Source: the human T2T-CHM13v2.0 reference genome, Homo sapiens
NCBI RefSeq assembly: GCF_009914755.1
Contig: NC_060929.1
Length of the DNA stretch: 64,000 nt
Reading direction: 5' to 3' (one strand)
The notes below the pieces were generated by a model. It was not told the origin of the DNA and searched no databases. It worked only from the letters and a program-made list of their open reading frames with translations. The position numbers and the translations under genes were made by a program. This document shows, one piece after another, positions 26,830 to 40,887 of this stretch; positions within the stretch are counted from its first letter, which is position 1, and every line of letters starts with the position of its first letter.

Positions 26830-28210
26830 TAAAAATTTCAATTTCATTTACAATAGCTACAAAAGTAAAATACATGGGAATATACTAAGCAGAGGAAGTG
26901 AAAAGTAGAAAACACTGGTGAAAGAAATTATAGATGACACAAACAATTGAAGAAACATTCCACAATCTTGGATCAGAAGAATCAATATTATTAAAATGAC
27001 CACACTGCCCAAGGCATTCTACACATTCAATGCAATTCTTATCAAATTACCAACATTATTTTTCACTGAAGTAGAAAAAACAATTCTAAAATTTGTATGG
27101 AACAAAAAAGAGACTGAATAGCCAAAGAAATCCTAAGCAAAAAGAACATAGCTTAAAGCCCCATATTACCTGACTTCAAATTATACTACAAGGCGAATAA
27201 CCAAAACATTATGGTATTGGTATGAAAAAAATAGACAAGTAGATCAATGAAACAGAAAGTGAAACCCAGAAATAAAGCCACATATTTACAACCAACTGAT
27301 CTTTGACAAAGTGGGCAAAAAGAAATAATAAGGAAAGGACACATTATTCTGTAAATTGTGCTGGGGAAATTGTATCATATGTAGAAGAATGAATCTAAAC
27401 GACTATCTCTTATCATATTCAAAATATAATTTAAGCTGGATTAAAGACTTAACTTTAAGATGTGAAACTATAAAGTCCTAGAAGAAAATATAGGAAAAAC
27501 TCTTCAGGACATTGGCCTAGGCAAAGAATTTATGACTAAGACCTCAAAAGCAAATGCAACAAAAGCCAAAATAGATAATTGAGACTTAATTAAACATAAA
27601 AGCTTCTGCAGAGCCAAATAAATCATCAACAGGGTAAATAGACAACCTACAAATAGGAGAAATTATTTGCAAACTGCATCCAACAAAGGGCTAATATCCA
27701 GAATCTATAAGAAACTCAAACCACAAGTAACAAATCAACCCCATTAAAAAGTGGGCAAAGGACGTGAATTGATATTTTCCAAGAAAGGACATAAAAAAAG
27801 CCGCCAACAAACATTTTAAAAAAATGTTTAACATCAAGAATCATTAGAGAGATGCAAATCAAAACCACAGTGAGATATTATCTCACACCAGTTAGAATGA
27901 CTATTATTAAAAGAAAAAAAAAACGGAGTTTGGTGAGAACAGGGAGAAAAGGCAACACTTATACACTGTTTGTGGAAATGTAAATTAGGACAATCTCTAT
28001 GGAAAATAGCATGGAGAGTTCTCGAAGAATTAAAAACAGATCTACCATTTGACCCTGCAACCCACTACTGGGTATTGACCCAAAGGAAAAGTAATAAATA
28101 TATCAAAAAGACGCATACACTCATAAGTTTATAGCAGCACTATTCACAATAGCAAAGTCATGGAATCAACCTAATTTTGCATCAGTGGATGACTGGATAT
28201 AAAGAACGTG

Positions 28211-28251
<41 letters not shown>

Positions 28252-28795
28252 GCATTCTTGTTAGATATATATATATAAATACACACACATACACACACAC
28301 ACACCTATATACACACACATTATATATATATACACACACTTTATATATATACTTTATATATATACACACACACATCATATATACACACACATTATATATA
28401 CACATTATATATATAAACGTTATATATAAATGCCATATATATATATATATATATATATGCCATGAAACCCTATGCAACCATAAAAAAGAATGAATTCATG
28501 TCTTTCACAGCAACATGGATGAAGACTATTATCCCGAGTGAAATAACTCAGAAAAAGAAAATCAAAGATCGTAAGTGGAAGCTAAATAATGGGTACACAT
28601 GGACATACAGAGGGAAATAATAGACACTAGGGACTCTAAACGGGGGAGGATGTAAGGGGAGTGAGCACTGAAAAATTACCTGTTGAGTACAGTCTTCACT
28701 ATTTGGGTGATGGGTACACTAGGAGCCCAAACCAAACCACTACACAATATATCCATGCAACAAACATGCACAGTTAACCTCTGAATCTATTTTTA
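26830..28795 (+). mobile_element. L1PB (PB3/4-like) 5'-truncated element
   Basis: ORF2 3' region (catttacaatagctacaaaa...ggcaaagaatttatgactaagacctcaaaagcaaatgcaac) and L1PB 3'UTR (tgggtgatgggtacactaggagcccaaac). Confidence 0.9.
28211..28458. repeat. Compound (TA)n/(CA)n microsatellite inside L1PB
   Basis: Long (TA)n at ~28217-28248, then interleaved TA/CA tracts to ~28458. Confidence 0.95.
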
Positions 28796-29233
28796 AACTA
28801 TCATCTAAATGGGTGGATTTATCAATAAAAATTTTAATTTTTATTTCATATATTAATCTGTATGTAATATAAAATATATGCAGCATATATAAACCTATCT
28901 ATCTATATGTATAGTGTGTGTGTGTGCATATATCTTCTAGATTTATTTACCTCAAAACATATTTACCAAAGTGGAGAGCATGCTTTATTGCTGTTGTTCA
29001 TTTTTCATTTATCAAGAATCACAGGTTATGTTGTGTTAAAATCAATGACATCTTCCGGCACATTCATTTAAGTTTCGCTGTGTGGCCAGAGTTCTGCCAC
29101 ACTATCAGGGATTCAAACATGAATAAAACCAACCCTCCTTCCCAAGTTATACAATCTGCAAGAATACAGTCAAACATTGCAGCTAACCCTTTGTATATAT
29201 TCTTATTCTGAATTATTAAAATTCTGACATCTT

Positions 29234-29569
<336 letters not shown>

Positions 29570-29571
29570 TC

Positions 29572-29860
29572 ATGTTAGTTAAAGGGTACAAAGTTTTAGT
29601 TACATAGGACACCTAAGTTCTGGAGAACTATTGAACAGTAAGGTGACAGTAGTTAATAATGCTACTTTGCACACTTTAATCTTCCAAGAGAGTATACTTA
29701 AATGTGCTTACCACACACAAAAACTATAACTATGTGAGGAGATGGACATAATAATTAGCTTGATTGCAGTAATCAGTTTAATATGCATATGGTATGAAAA
29801 CATCATGCCGTCCACCTTAGGTATATATAATAAAATTTTAAAAATAAATAAAATAAATAG
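29572..29860 (+). mobile_element. L1MA9/10-like 3' end
   Basis: aaagggtacaaagttttagtta...aagttctggaga...actatgtgaggagatggacat...aattagcttgattg. Confidence 0.85.
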
Positions 29861-31439
29861 AATTCTTACGTACAACGAGGGGACATTTTGAAAATTTTTA
29901 AAATCAAAGCAAACAAAACTATATTTTACACTATCTGTATTTACCTCAATCACCAATTAAAATATTCGTTACATATTACATGCTTATTTCTGTCAGTGCG
30001 TTTGAAGAAAAGGGTGCAACTGAGTCTCTGTCCTCAAAGATTTAAAATTTTAGCTTGAAATACATGTTATGTCTTATGACAAAGAACATGTGACCTTGTA
30101 TGTCCATAGTTATAACACAGAGTCTAAATCAGAAGTTTATTACCCAGTATAATTTAGTTATAATCTTACATCATGCCTCCAGCCTTTCACTTAATTTCTA
30201 AAATTAATGGCAAATGACCTGACACTAGTTGTATTTAAACTGACAGGATCTCAACTTCTACTTGTTAAAGAAGATAAATCCAACATATCAAACAAGAATA
30301 AAACAGAACTATTTCTTATTAATATATTTATCTATCAAAATTAGTCATAATAAAGAGAAATGTTTTAATTCTAAATATAACTCTGAAATGTAGGAATTGT
30401 TCACTTTTGGTTCATTTTCTTCTCAGACACAGTAAAGACTGGTAATTTCTGTCCACTATTCAGCTAGTCTCAAGACTGTCAAAATCTACTTGAATGCTTA
30501 AGAGTGTTTCTATGTATATTAAAAAAATAAAAATTAGTATAACAACTACTATTTTAATCATTTAACTTTTTTCTGTTAGTATCTAAAAATAACTTTTGTG
30601 TTTTATTATTTTACCATTTATTACATAGATTATTCAGATTGTTTACCCAAATGAACATTATTTTTCTACTTTAAAAACATTATTTGAGAGAGAAGATAAA
30701 GGGCATTTAAAAATTACAAAGAAAACCTATTTTTACACATCGGCTAGGTGTCGAGCATAGTTGGAAATCTATGCAAATAAAATGAAAGGAACAAAATCTG
30801 GAACATATATCTAATTAAATTGTGAAAAAAATACTTAATCTGCTAATATTTCTGAGTACTTTGACTTTAATCATTCTCAGTGGCTTTGTGAAGTTGGCTA
30901 ATAGTTACTCTAGATTATCTGTTAAGGTTCAATTCTATTGGTTTTCTATGGGGGCATTGTCATGGAAACCTCTGCATGGATTTACCAACTTTTTATTCTG
31001 TGAAAATGGTGTCCCAGAGAAGGTGAGAAATAGATTTACCCTTGACAGCTCATTAAACAGGTAACTTTTAGGTGAGGTGTGTCTTGGGATGTCTAAAGTA
31101 ACAGTATTCTCTACTATTTCCAAGTGCTTGAAGCTTAATGGAAGAATAAAAATTGTTCCAAAATACTCATCTGCTAGATGATACTTACTGCATAAAGATT
31201 ACTACTAATCTAAAAATGCAGTCTTCTTGGATTTTACATTTATTCTATAATGAAAAGCTAGATAAACACTGGGTCTGAGGTTAATGCAGAATCTAAATCA
31301 TGTTTCTGTTACTCCTTAGATAATTTAATTTAAAATGCTGAATGCAGTGAATCAAATGATAATGTAGACTCAACAAAGATTCATAATATCAAGAGTGAGT
31401 TAAACTAGGTAAAATGTTAAGGAAATTTAATTCTTTTGG

Positions 31440-31572
31440 AAACTGATCTCTTAATTTGACTTCTTGAAAGTTACTTCCTCTCTTTGGGTCTTGCTTTACT
31501 CATTATGAAGTAGGGAGCATTGATTGAGACAAACTCTAAGACTGGCTCCAGCTCTACTAGCTATAATTTTAT
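31440..31572 (+). mobile_element. MIR3-like fragment
   Basis: aagttacttcctctctttgggtcttgctttactcatt...ctctaagactggctccagctcta. Confidence 0.55.
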
Positions 31573-32756
31573 ATGACTTTTAGAAGAAATAGTCCCATAT
31601 TATATTTCTAACCCTTAAAATGAACCTTCTTTAAACAGCAATTTAATAAAAACACTGTAAATCTGCTCTAAAATAATAATCCATATGTCTGTAAAATGCA
31701 AAGTTTTTAGATGTTTTAAGCTGGCTTATTAAAGTGCTGAAATGTCACACAGGTCTTTGTTAAAGTGTTACAGAAAAATTATTGAGGATATCTGATTAGC
31801 TTTGTAGATAGCTATATCTTCAGAAAGGTTTATTAGAAATTTTTAAATAAAGTAAAATATTGAAGGGAGAAAATGATTTAATTCTAAGCTCATTCTGAGA
31901 AGAAATTTCTCATTTTGAATTTTTATAATTTATTAATGTTAAGTCAGAGAAAATAGCTCAGAGGGCTTAAAGCATAAAGTACTACATATAAAATATGTCT
32001 CAGGTAAGGTGAAATAATTAGTAATATATTTATAACAGTTTATATGTGACTGTTATAAATTCAGTATACAATCATGTATTTTGTATTATATTTAAAATTA
32101 TTTTTAAAACAAGTAGAAAATGCTGATATAACACTTTTTCTTTGAGATATTTAAAAAGTTATACAATCCAAATACAAATAAATTTAAAATATAAAACTGC
32201 AAACATAATGCTAAATTATTCTTGGTAATGTTATTACCAAGAAAGGAAACACATTTTCTTAAGATTATTGTACATTTTATTACACATATATTTTCTTCAT
32301 AGCTGGATGGGGCAATATAATGTAGATGCAAAAAGATGCAAAAATGAAATGCTTAATAAATAATTACAGAACGATTAACCATTTCTTCTCTACCTAGATC
32401 AATAAATAGAAAACTTTAGTCTCCTACATAGGCTTCTTTGTCCTGTTTCCTTCCCCACTAGAATTGACTAAAATCTTGATTTTGTACAGTCATTATGTTG
32501 TTAATTTTTTTACTGATTTTCAATTATATAAACATATAGTTTAATTTTCTATGTAGGCCATGCTATTGCTTATCATGCACCCCAACAGTACAAAAAAATT
32601 AGTGGTTTTCATTATGCAGCATTTGAAAGGCATTTTAATGCTATTTGCATGGTATTTTTTTTTCTCTATAAATAGACTATACTTCCAGAATTCAGTAGAA
32701 AAACCCGTTTGGACACACTGAAATATTGCATTAATTTTAAGTGAAAGTTTAGTTAT

Positions 32757-32759
<3 letters not shown>

Positions 32760-32787
<28 letters not shown>
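32760..32787. repeat. (TA)n microsatellite
   Basis: Pure AT dinucleotide run. Confidence 0.95.
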
Positions 32788-33870
32788 CTAAGATATAAAG
32801 TTATATACTAAGTAGCAAAACCTAGCATTTTTTCAGGTAAGTTAAGATTCATACTAAAATATAGTGATTTATGAAAAAGAATAACTGAATCTATTAAATT
32901 ATGTAATGATTAAACTTTTATGAAATGCATGCAGTGAAACGACATGTAGCAATACATATGGGTTCACAAAATAAACAAAATAAAATAAATTGCCAAAAAT
33001 CTTTCTGCAGGTAGTTACCATAAAGTTATTTTAGTAAAGGAAGCCTAAGAAACTAAAAATCCTAAAATTTTAAAAAAAGTCTAATCTCATAATTGTAAAT
33101 CTATTCGATCAAATATCAGTATATTTTATAATAAACAGGGAAATAATTAAATGCAACAGAAAATAATTTTAAATATTATCAACGTATAGGCCGACAATTT
33201 ATTCTTGTAAATGTATCTTAACATATCAGTCTCATTTTCTCATTCCTTCAAAAGCTATCATCACTGTTGTAATCTAATAGAATCTCCTCATGACACAGCT
33301 ATCTTTACTAAAACCACAAATGCACTAATCATCTCCCCAAAAGATGAAACGAAGTCCCATAGGTCAACTTATTCTTTTTAAAATAATGTTTATTCTGCTT
33401 ATAGCAGAGTCACACTCATCACCTTTGTATTACTGACATGTGAATAAAAAGTAATTACTATAAACAAAACTGATGCTAGATGGTAAGAGTATGGGTGAGG
33501 AGAAACAAGTGGAAAGTACTAGTTGTATTTATAAATACACCCACATTAAAATAAGGCAGAAAACCGTATAAATAGGAAAGTCCTCATTTCTTCAATTGGC
33601 CAGAAAATCACAGCTCTTATGATTTTTATTATCGTAACTGTTCATTCTTTATTCTCTTTGTTCTAAAATGCCACTTCTGTTGGTCGTGGTTCCTTGTCTA
33701 ACTGGGTGACCTCAATATTCCTTCCTGATGAGTTTTGGTTATTAGCAAAACTGTCTATTGGGGTAGATTTACATTTAAAATTATAACATTGGAATACAAT
33801 TAATAAACCCAGGGGATTGCCTGCATTCCACATAAGTTTTTTCTTATACCTGAGAGGTAGTAAGAATATA

Positions 33871-34156
33871 GTCATTCCCCATTTTGGGAGGGCAAGGCGG
33901 ATGCATAACCTGAGGTCAGGGGTTTGAGATCAGTCTGGCCAACATGGCGAAACTCTCCTACTAAAAATACAAAAATTAGCCAGGCGTGGTGGCGGGCCCT
34001 TGTAATCCCAGGTACTTGGGAGGCTGAGGCAAGAGAATCGCTTGAACCGGGGAGGCAGAGGCTGCAGTGAGCCGAGATCGAGATCACGCCATTGCACTTC
34101 AGCATGGGCGACAGAGCGAGACTCTATCTCAAAAAAAAAAAAAAAAAAAAAAAAAA
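33871..34156 (+). mobile_element. AluS, slightly 5'-truncated, with TSD
   Basis: Starts near consensus position ~25 (gtcattccccattttgggagg), ends in a long poly(A). TSD aagaatata on both sides. Confidence 0.92.
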
Positions 34157-36187
34157 GAATATAAACTGTCCCTTCGCTAACCTCACTTGTTATACTTTCT
34201 TTGCCAAAGGGTAATAGTGAGGAGGACCTGTCTCCTCCCCTTTGATTTCTGGCCCTGTGAATCCTGGCTTTGGGGAGACAACACATTGGTCACTGGTTCT
34301 GAGCATATAACAAATTGAAGAGGGCATTTCCCCAGCAGGGTAACACATTATCTTCTTTCTGAAGCCGTAACTAACTTTCAAGATCATTCTGCTGTTTCTT
34401 CAGGACAGCTGCTTCAGGCTGAATGGGAAAATAACCAAATCACTGAATTTCATCACCATAAACTCAATCTTCACCTTCATTTACTAGAAAATGAAATTTT
34501 TGGTCAGAGACCATGCTGTGTATCCGCAATGTTACTGACAGAAAGGCAAATGCATATCCAAGCAGTGTCTATTTCAGTGAGGGGAAAAAAAACAGTGCTA
34601 TCCCTTGCCTGATTAAAGTTCTTCTCTGTGATCGCTGTGCAACTTGGTATCTGGCTGATACCCTGGAAAACGGTGTCATATTTTTCGCTCAGGGTTGATC
34701 TTTCTTATGGACATGTTCAAACAGAGGTTCAAGTGACCTGGACAACGGAAAGTCCATTTTATTGAGCTCGTGAATAACCTTCATCGCTGTCAGCATAGTC
34801 ACTTGGTTCATAAGCACAATGGACAGGGTCTAAATATGAAATAGATGGCTGGGGATAGAGGCTGACCAATACCCACTCAATAGATCGTCTTATGTATCAG
34901 ATTTTTAAGTTCTAATTCTGCTTTCAATTGTCTGACCCTCTTTTGAAAAACTTCAATCATATGAAGCCATATTGTTTCAGATTGTAAAACTTGGTCTGCT
35001 AGATCCCATTACAAAGCCTAGGAAAACACTAAGTACATTCTCAAAATCATTTTTTCCTCACCTATTCAGCTTTGCAAATAGACATATGGACAAAAAATTC
35101 ATGTGGGTTTGTTCATTTCCTTCATTTAAAAAATAGGCAGGTTGGCAGCGCGACGTGAATGCAATTTGCTAACATTACTGCATCATATATTGCCTGTGTT
35201 CACAAGTTTTAATTTAGAGAAACTATAGATTTCACTTTAATATTAGTTTTTACCTTGAATTTCAAGTGCTTTATATTTTACTTTGGTGTTTAGACTTTAG
35301 ATCGTCACCTTAGCATTTAGCGGTGCATCAGAAGTTAGGACAATGCTCATGAAGTTTCCTGTCTGTGGAAGGCCGAAATTACTCAGACTCCACAATCAAT
35401 CAACTCTCTGTGAAAAACGAGTTTTATTTTCAAACACATCTAGAATTTATATTCTACTTTTTTGACATACTAGCATTCATGGAAATGTTCTTTTCATGAA
35501 TTTGAAATATCATGAAATTGACCTCTGAACTATCACTCTATTGCCATTATGTAGTGATTAGTGAGTTACATTACCATATTTTGTGTGTTTATTAGTTTTC
35601 CATTTTTATTTGGGTAATGTCATAATTTTAAATACTGCTTCTTGAGCAAAATTTTCAATAGCGGCAGTATTTTAAGTCCTTTGAAAATGTGAAGACTACA
35701 GCTACAAGCAAGAAGTAAAAAAGTGTTGTAGGAACTGCTAAAATACAAAGGAGAAATTAAATCCTTAAGTAAAGCCACCTGCATTTGTTGCTGTGACAGG
35801 ACAACTTTTCTAAAAATTTGGATTGAAAGCAAAGATGAAAATACGCAAATATAAAACCACCCTCTCCTTATTTCCATATCATTAGGGTTTTCTTCAACTC
35901 TGGTATCTGTCAGAACATTATCTTTAGCTTAAAAATTAATTCATTTTCCTCCAAGGCTTCTCAGAAAAGTTGACAAATTTCAAACAAGTGAATCCATTCC
36001 ACTTCGCTGTGAACATCCTCATCCTCATTCTTCAAATCAGCCAAACAGGAAACAAAAACAAAAACAAGACCATCACTATCTGAAAGTTCAATAACCCTGT
36101 TACTCTTCATATTTACCAAATGTTTAATTACAACTTGTAAGAAATAATTATCTGCACTAATAAAGATTAAATATATTGTCTTGAGCA

Positions 36188-36610
36188 GTGTAATTGCCTC
36201 CTGCGCCCAAAGATGTCCTTGTTACTTCTGCTTTGTTACATTACATGGCAACAGTAACTTGGCAGATGGAATTAAGTTTATGGATTTTAGAGGGATTATC
36301 CTTTTCTAAATCATACGCATAATTACACAGGACCTTAAATATGAAGGAGAATGGCAAAAAAAAAAATAAGTGAGTCAGAGAAATCTAGATATGAAAGAGG
36401 CAAAAGAGGTTGAGGCTTGAGAGTGACTTCAGCTGCTTTCCCTAGATTTGGGGGTAGAGCAAGGGCATGGGTTTGGGCAACTTCTAGAAGCTGGGAGTGG
36501 CCCTCAGCTGGCAGCCAGCAATGCAAGGGTACCCGCAGCCTTACAAATTTCAGGAAGTAAATTCTGTTAACAATGTATATGAGCAAGTAAACATTCTTCC
36601 CCAGGGCGTC
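36188..36610 (+). mobile_element. MLT1D/E-like MaLR LTR (partial)
   Basis: cccaaagatgtcc...gttacattacatggcaa...gcagatggaattaag...ctagaagctgggagtggccctcagctggcagccagcaa. Confidence 0.75.
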
Positions 36611-39600
36611 CCTAAAGAACTCGCTCCTTCTTCAAGGATAGAAACACAAAGCTCAGCCTACAACCTAGGAATGAGACATTCAAGTCACAGTATTAATTAA
36701 TACACTAGTTAGCTCCAAGATCCCAAATGAATTTCTACTCCAATATACAGTATAACCCTGATAAGAGATGACATATCATGGGACATGATTTCTACACAAA
36801 GTTCGCTCAAGGAAACAAAAGTATGACCTGAAGAAACACTAGATTAAATAGTGGGTCATCAATATGAGTTTTCTTAAAGAGGTGGTCAGGAACTTTACCC
36901 AATATGATCATACATAGTATGTTCCCCAGAAAACTTAAAATGTTGATGCTCCCCCATATTTTGTATTTGACAATACAGCTGTATATCTTCAGCTCTGTTA
37001 TTTCTGGGTTGTTTCCCTTGATACTGGTAGGTCCTTGCAGATTTTCTTCTTCATTATTTCAAGCGGTGAATATAAATGACCCTTCTGATTGTATTTCTGG
37101 TTTGCTGACCATATCTGGTCACATTAGATTATGAACAGAATTCTAGGCCCATTTTCCTTTCTTGAGAGAAGCCTATTGAACTCCTGGGGCATGTATTTTC
37201 TTTTCTTGCTCTGACCCCTTTTCTATCAATGAATCTTAAGGAGTATTTCTGAACAGAGTAATTCCACAGCCAGTTGCAGAAGATTCACTTTAACATTTGG
37301 CATTTATTGATGAAATTAAATTTCTTATTTATCTTGATGACCTTTAGTTCCTTTTCCCGAGAAAAGAGCTGTCATCAGTAATATGTTTAAAGTCCTAAAT
37401 GCTTTTCTATGTTCAAATATATACATATACTGTTACGATACCTACTAGAGTGCTGGAGTCTATGAGTTTTTATGTAACTGGGATAATACAATTGCACTAT
37501 CTTAAAATTTGCTTTTAACCTCTAGAAAGAATCTCCTTAGGTAAGTATATAAAGTTTCATTTCCTTTTTTACAATGGCAGCAAAATATTTCATAGTGAAG
37601 ATATAAAATAGGACAGTAATTTCTTTAAAGTTATTTATTAAAAAAACTTCAAAGTTTTGTTAGAAACATGGATTGAACTAATATGCTTGTATAGCCCTCT
37701 TTGTAGAATAAAAGACTAACCAAGAATTAGCACGTCAGGGCCAAAATATTTGTATTCCAAAAAATGATATTAATTTACACTCACATGAGGTTCATTTTTT
37801 CTTTTAGATTGCCCAGGGGATAACTGAAATTTCATACACATTTATCTCCCCAAAACAAGCCTTAATTTGTCAATCCCACGCAATCTAAATCACTGAAGAA
37901 AAAATAAGTGTTTTCCTAATTGTTTCATAATTTTCAAGACATTTTTTATGCAATAGAATCAATATTACATGTTATAATAAAAAACAACAGTAGTTCCATT
38001 TTTTGTTTTTCAGATAACTAAATTTTTAAAAGTCTTTTGTAAAGTGAAGTATTTTATCTCCCAATGCCCATAATTTTTAAAACAGATTTTTATAGGAAGA
38101 ATTAGTTATAAAGTCCTAAATGAATGTCTAACTAAGTTGCCTACCTCCCAAATATCATTTTGTGTCTGACGGAGTAGAGTTCTTATGGCTAGTGATGTTG
38201 CTGCTTTGTTTATTTTTTTCTTTAAAATACTTAACAGGAGCTACAAGGTTTTTTGGTATCATGTCATAGTTACTTAGTAAATATTTGTTGGCAAATGCAC
38301 ATATATATTTTATAGATGTGATTTTATTTATTTTTAAAATTTCAACTTTTATTTTAGATACAGGGGTACATGTGCATGTTGCTATATGGGTATATTGCAC
38401 CCAGTCAATGAGCATAGTACCTAGTAGGTAGTTTTTCAACCCACATCCTTCCCTTTTGTTACTCCTCCCCTCTAATAGTCAGCAATGTTTATTGTTCCCT
38501 TGTTTATGTCCCTGTAAGTTCAATGTTTAGCTTCCACTTATAAGTGAGAACATGCGATATTTGGTTTTCTCTTCCTGCATTAATTTGCTTAGGATTATGA
38601 CCTTCAGCAGCATCCATGTTGCTACAAAAAAATGATTTCATTGTTTTTATGGCTGTATAGTATTCCATGGGGTATATATACCACCTCTTTTTACCCAATT
38701 CACCATTGATTGCCACCTAGGTCAATTCCATGTCTTTGCTTTTGTGAATAGTGCTGTGACAAATATGAGTGCATGTGTGTTTTTGGTATAATTATCTATT
38801 TTCCTTAGGGTTTATACCTAGTAATGGGATCACTGGGTTGAATGGTATTTCTGTTTTAGGTTCCAAACTGCTTTCCACAGTGTCTGGACTAATGTACATT
38901 CCCACCAACAGTCTCTAAGTATTCCCTTTTCTCTGCAGCCTTGCCAATATCTGTTATTTTTTGACTTGTTAATAAAACCATTCTGACTATTGTGAGACGG
39001 TATCTCATTGTGATTTTGATTTGCATTTCTCTGATGATTAGTGATGATGAGCATTTTTTATATGTTTTTTGGTGGCTTATATGTCTTCTTTGGAGAAGTA
39101 TCTGTTTATTTTCTTTGCCCACATTTTAATAAAGTTGTTTTCTGCTTATCGATTTGTTTATGTTGCTTATAGATGCTGGATACTAGGCCTTTGTCAGATG
39201 AGTAGTTTGTGAATATTTTTTCCCATTCTGTAGGTTCTTTGTTTACTCTGTTGATGGTTTCTTTTGCTGTGCAGAAGATCTTTAGTTTTATTAGGTACCA
39301 CTTGACAATTTTTGTTTTTGTTGTAATTGTTTTTGGGGATTTAGTCAAAAATTCTTTGCAGAAGCTGAAGTTGAAAAGGGTATTTCCTAGATTTTCTTCT
39401 AGCCTTCTTATAGTTTGAGGGCTTACATTAAATCTTTAATCCATCTTGAGTTAAGTTTTGTATATACTGAAAGGTAAGGATTTAGTTTCATTCTTCTACG
39501 TATGACTAGCCAGTTATCCCAGTACCGTTTTTTGAAGAGGGAGTCCTTTTTCTATTGCTTGTTTTTGTCAGCCTTGTGAAAAATCAGATGATTATATGTG

Positions 39601-40887
39601 TGTAACTTTATTTCTGGGTTTTCTACCATGTTCCATTGGTCTCTCTGTTTGTTTTTCTACCAGGACCATGCTGATTTGGTTAGTGTATCTTTACGGTATA
39701 GTTTGAAGTTGAGTAATGTGATGCCTCTGGCATCATTCTTTTTGCTTAGGATTGCTTTGTCTGTCTATTCAGGTTCCTTTTTTTTTTCTTGTTCCATATA
39801 AATTTTATAATAAATTTTAGAATAGTATTTTTTTTCTAATTCTGTAAAGAATGATATTAGTAGTTTAATAGCAATAACATTGAATCTTCAAATTGTTTTG
39901 GGTAGTATGGCAATATTAACAACGTTGATTCGTCCAATTCATGAGTGTGAAATGTTTTTTCATTTATTTATCTTGTCTCTGACATATGTTAGCACTGTTT
40001 CATGTTCTTCTTGTAGAGATCTTTCACCTCCTTGATTAGCTTCATTCCTGGGTATGTTGGGGTTTTTTGTGGCCATTATAAAGGGGATTACGTTCTTTAT
40101 TTGACTCTGTCTGGGAATTATTGGTGTGTAGAAATGCTATTGATTATTGGTACATTGATTTTTTATCCAGAAACCTTGCTAAAATTATTTTTCAGTTCTA
40201 GTAGCCTTTTGGTGGAGTCTATAGGGCTTTCTAAATATAGAATCACATCATCAGCAAAGAAAGATAGTTTGACTACTTACTTTTGTATTTGAATGCCTTT
40301 TCTTTCTCTTGCCTGATTGCTTCAGTTAGCACTTCTGATACTATGTTGAATAGGAGTGGTGAGAGTGAGCATCCTAGTCTTGTTGCAGTTCTCAGGAAGA
40401 ATGTTTCTCAATTTTGTCTGTTCAGTATGATGTTGGCTGTAGGTTTGTCATAGATGGCTTTTATTATTTTGAGATATGTTCCTTCAATGCCTAGTCTGAG
40501 AATTTATATCAGGAAGGGATGTTGGATTTTATTGACAGCTTTTCCTTTATCTATTGAGATGATCATATGGTTTTTGCTTTCAACTCTGTTCATGTGGTGA
40601 ATCACATTTATTGATTTGTGTATGTTGAACCAACCTTACATCCCAGGAATACAGCATACCTGATTGTGACGAATTAATTTCCGATGTGTTGCTGAATTCA
40701 GTTTGCTAGTATTTTATTGAGGATTTTTGCATCTATGTTCACCAGGGATATTTGCCTCAAATTATCTTTCTTCATTGTTTTTCTGCCAGATTTTGGTATT
40801 AGGCTGATGTTGGCCTCATAAAATACATTGAGGAGGAAGCCCTCCTCTTTGATTTTTTTGAAGTAGTTTCATTAGGATTGGTATTAG

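Noticed and set aside
28166-28477. 103-aa Y/I/V/C-rich ORF
   Set aside because: It is a translation of the TA/CA microsatellite.
33872-34286. Overlapping ORFs with [20 protein letters not shown]
   Set aside because: This is the classic antisense-Alu translation; the same applies to 29294-29476 and 60762-61052.
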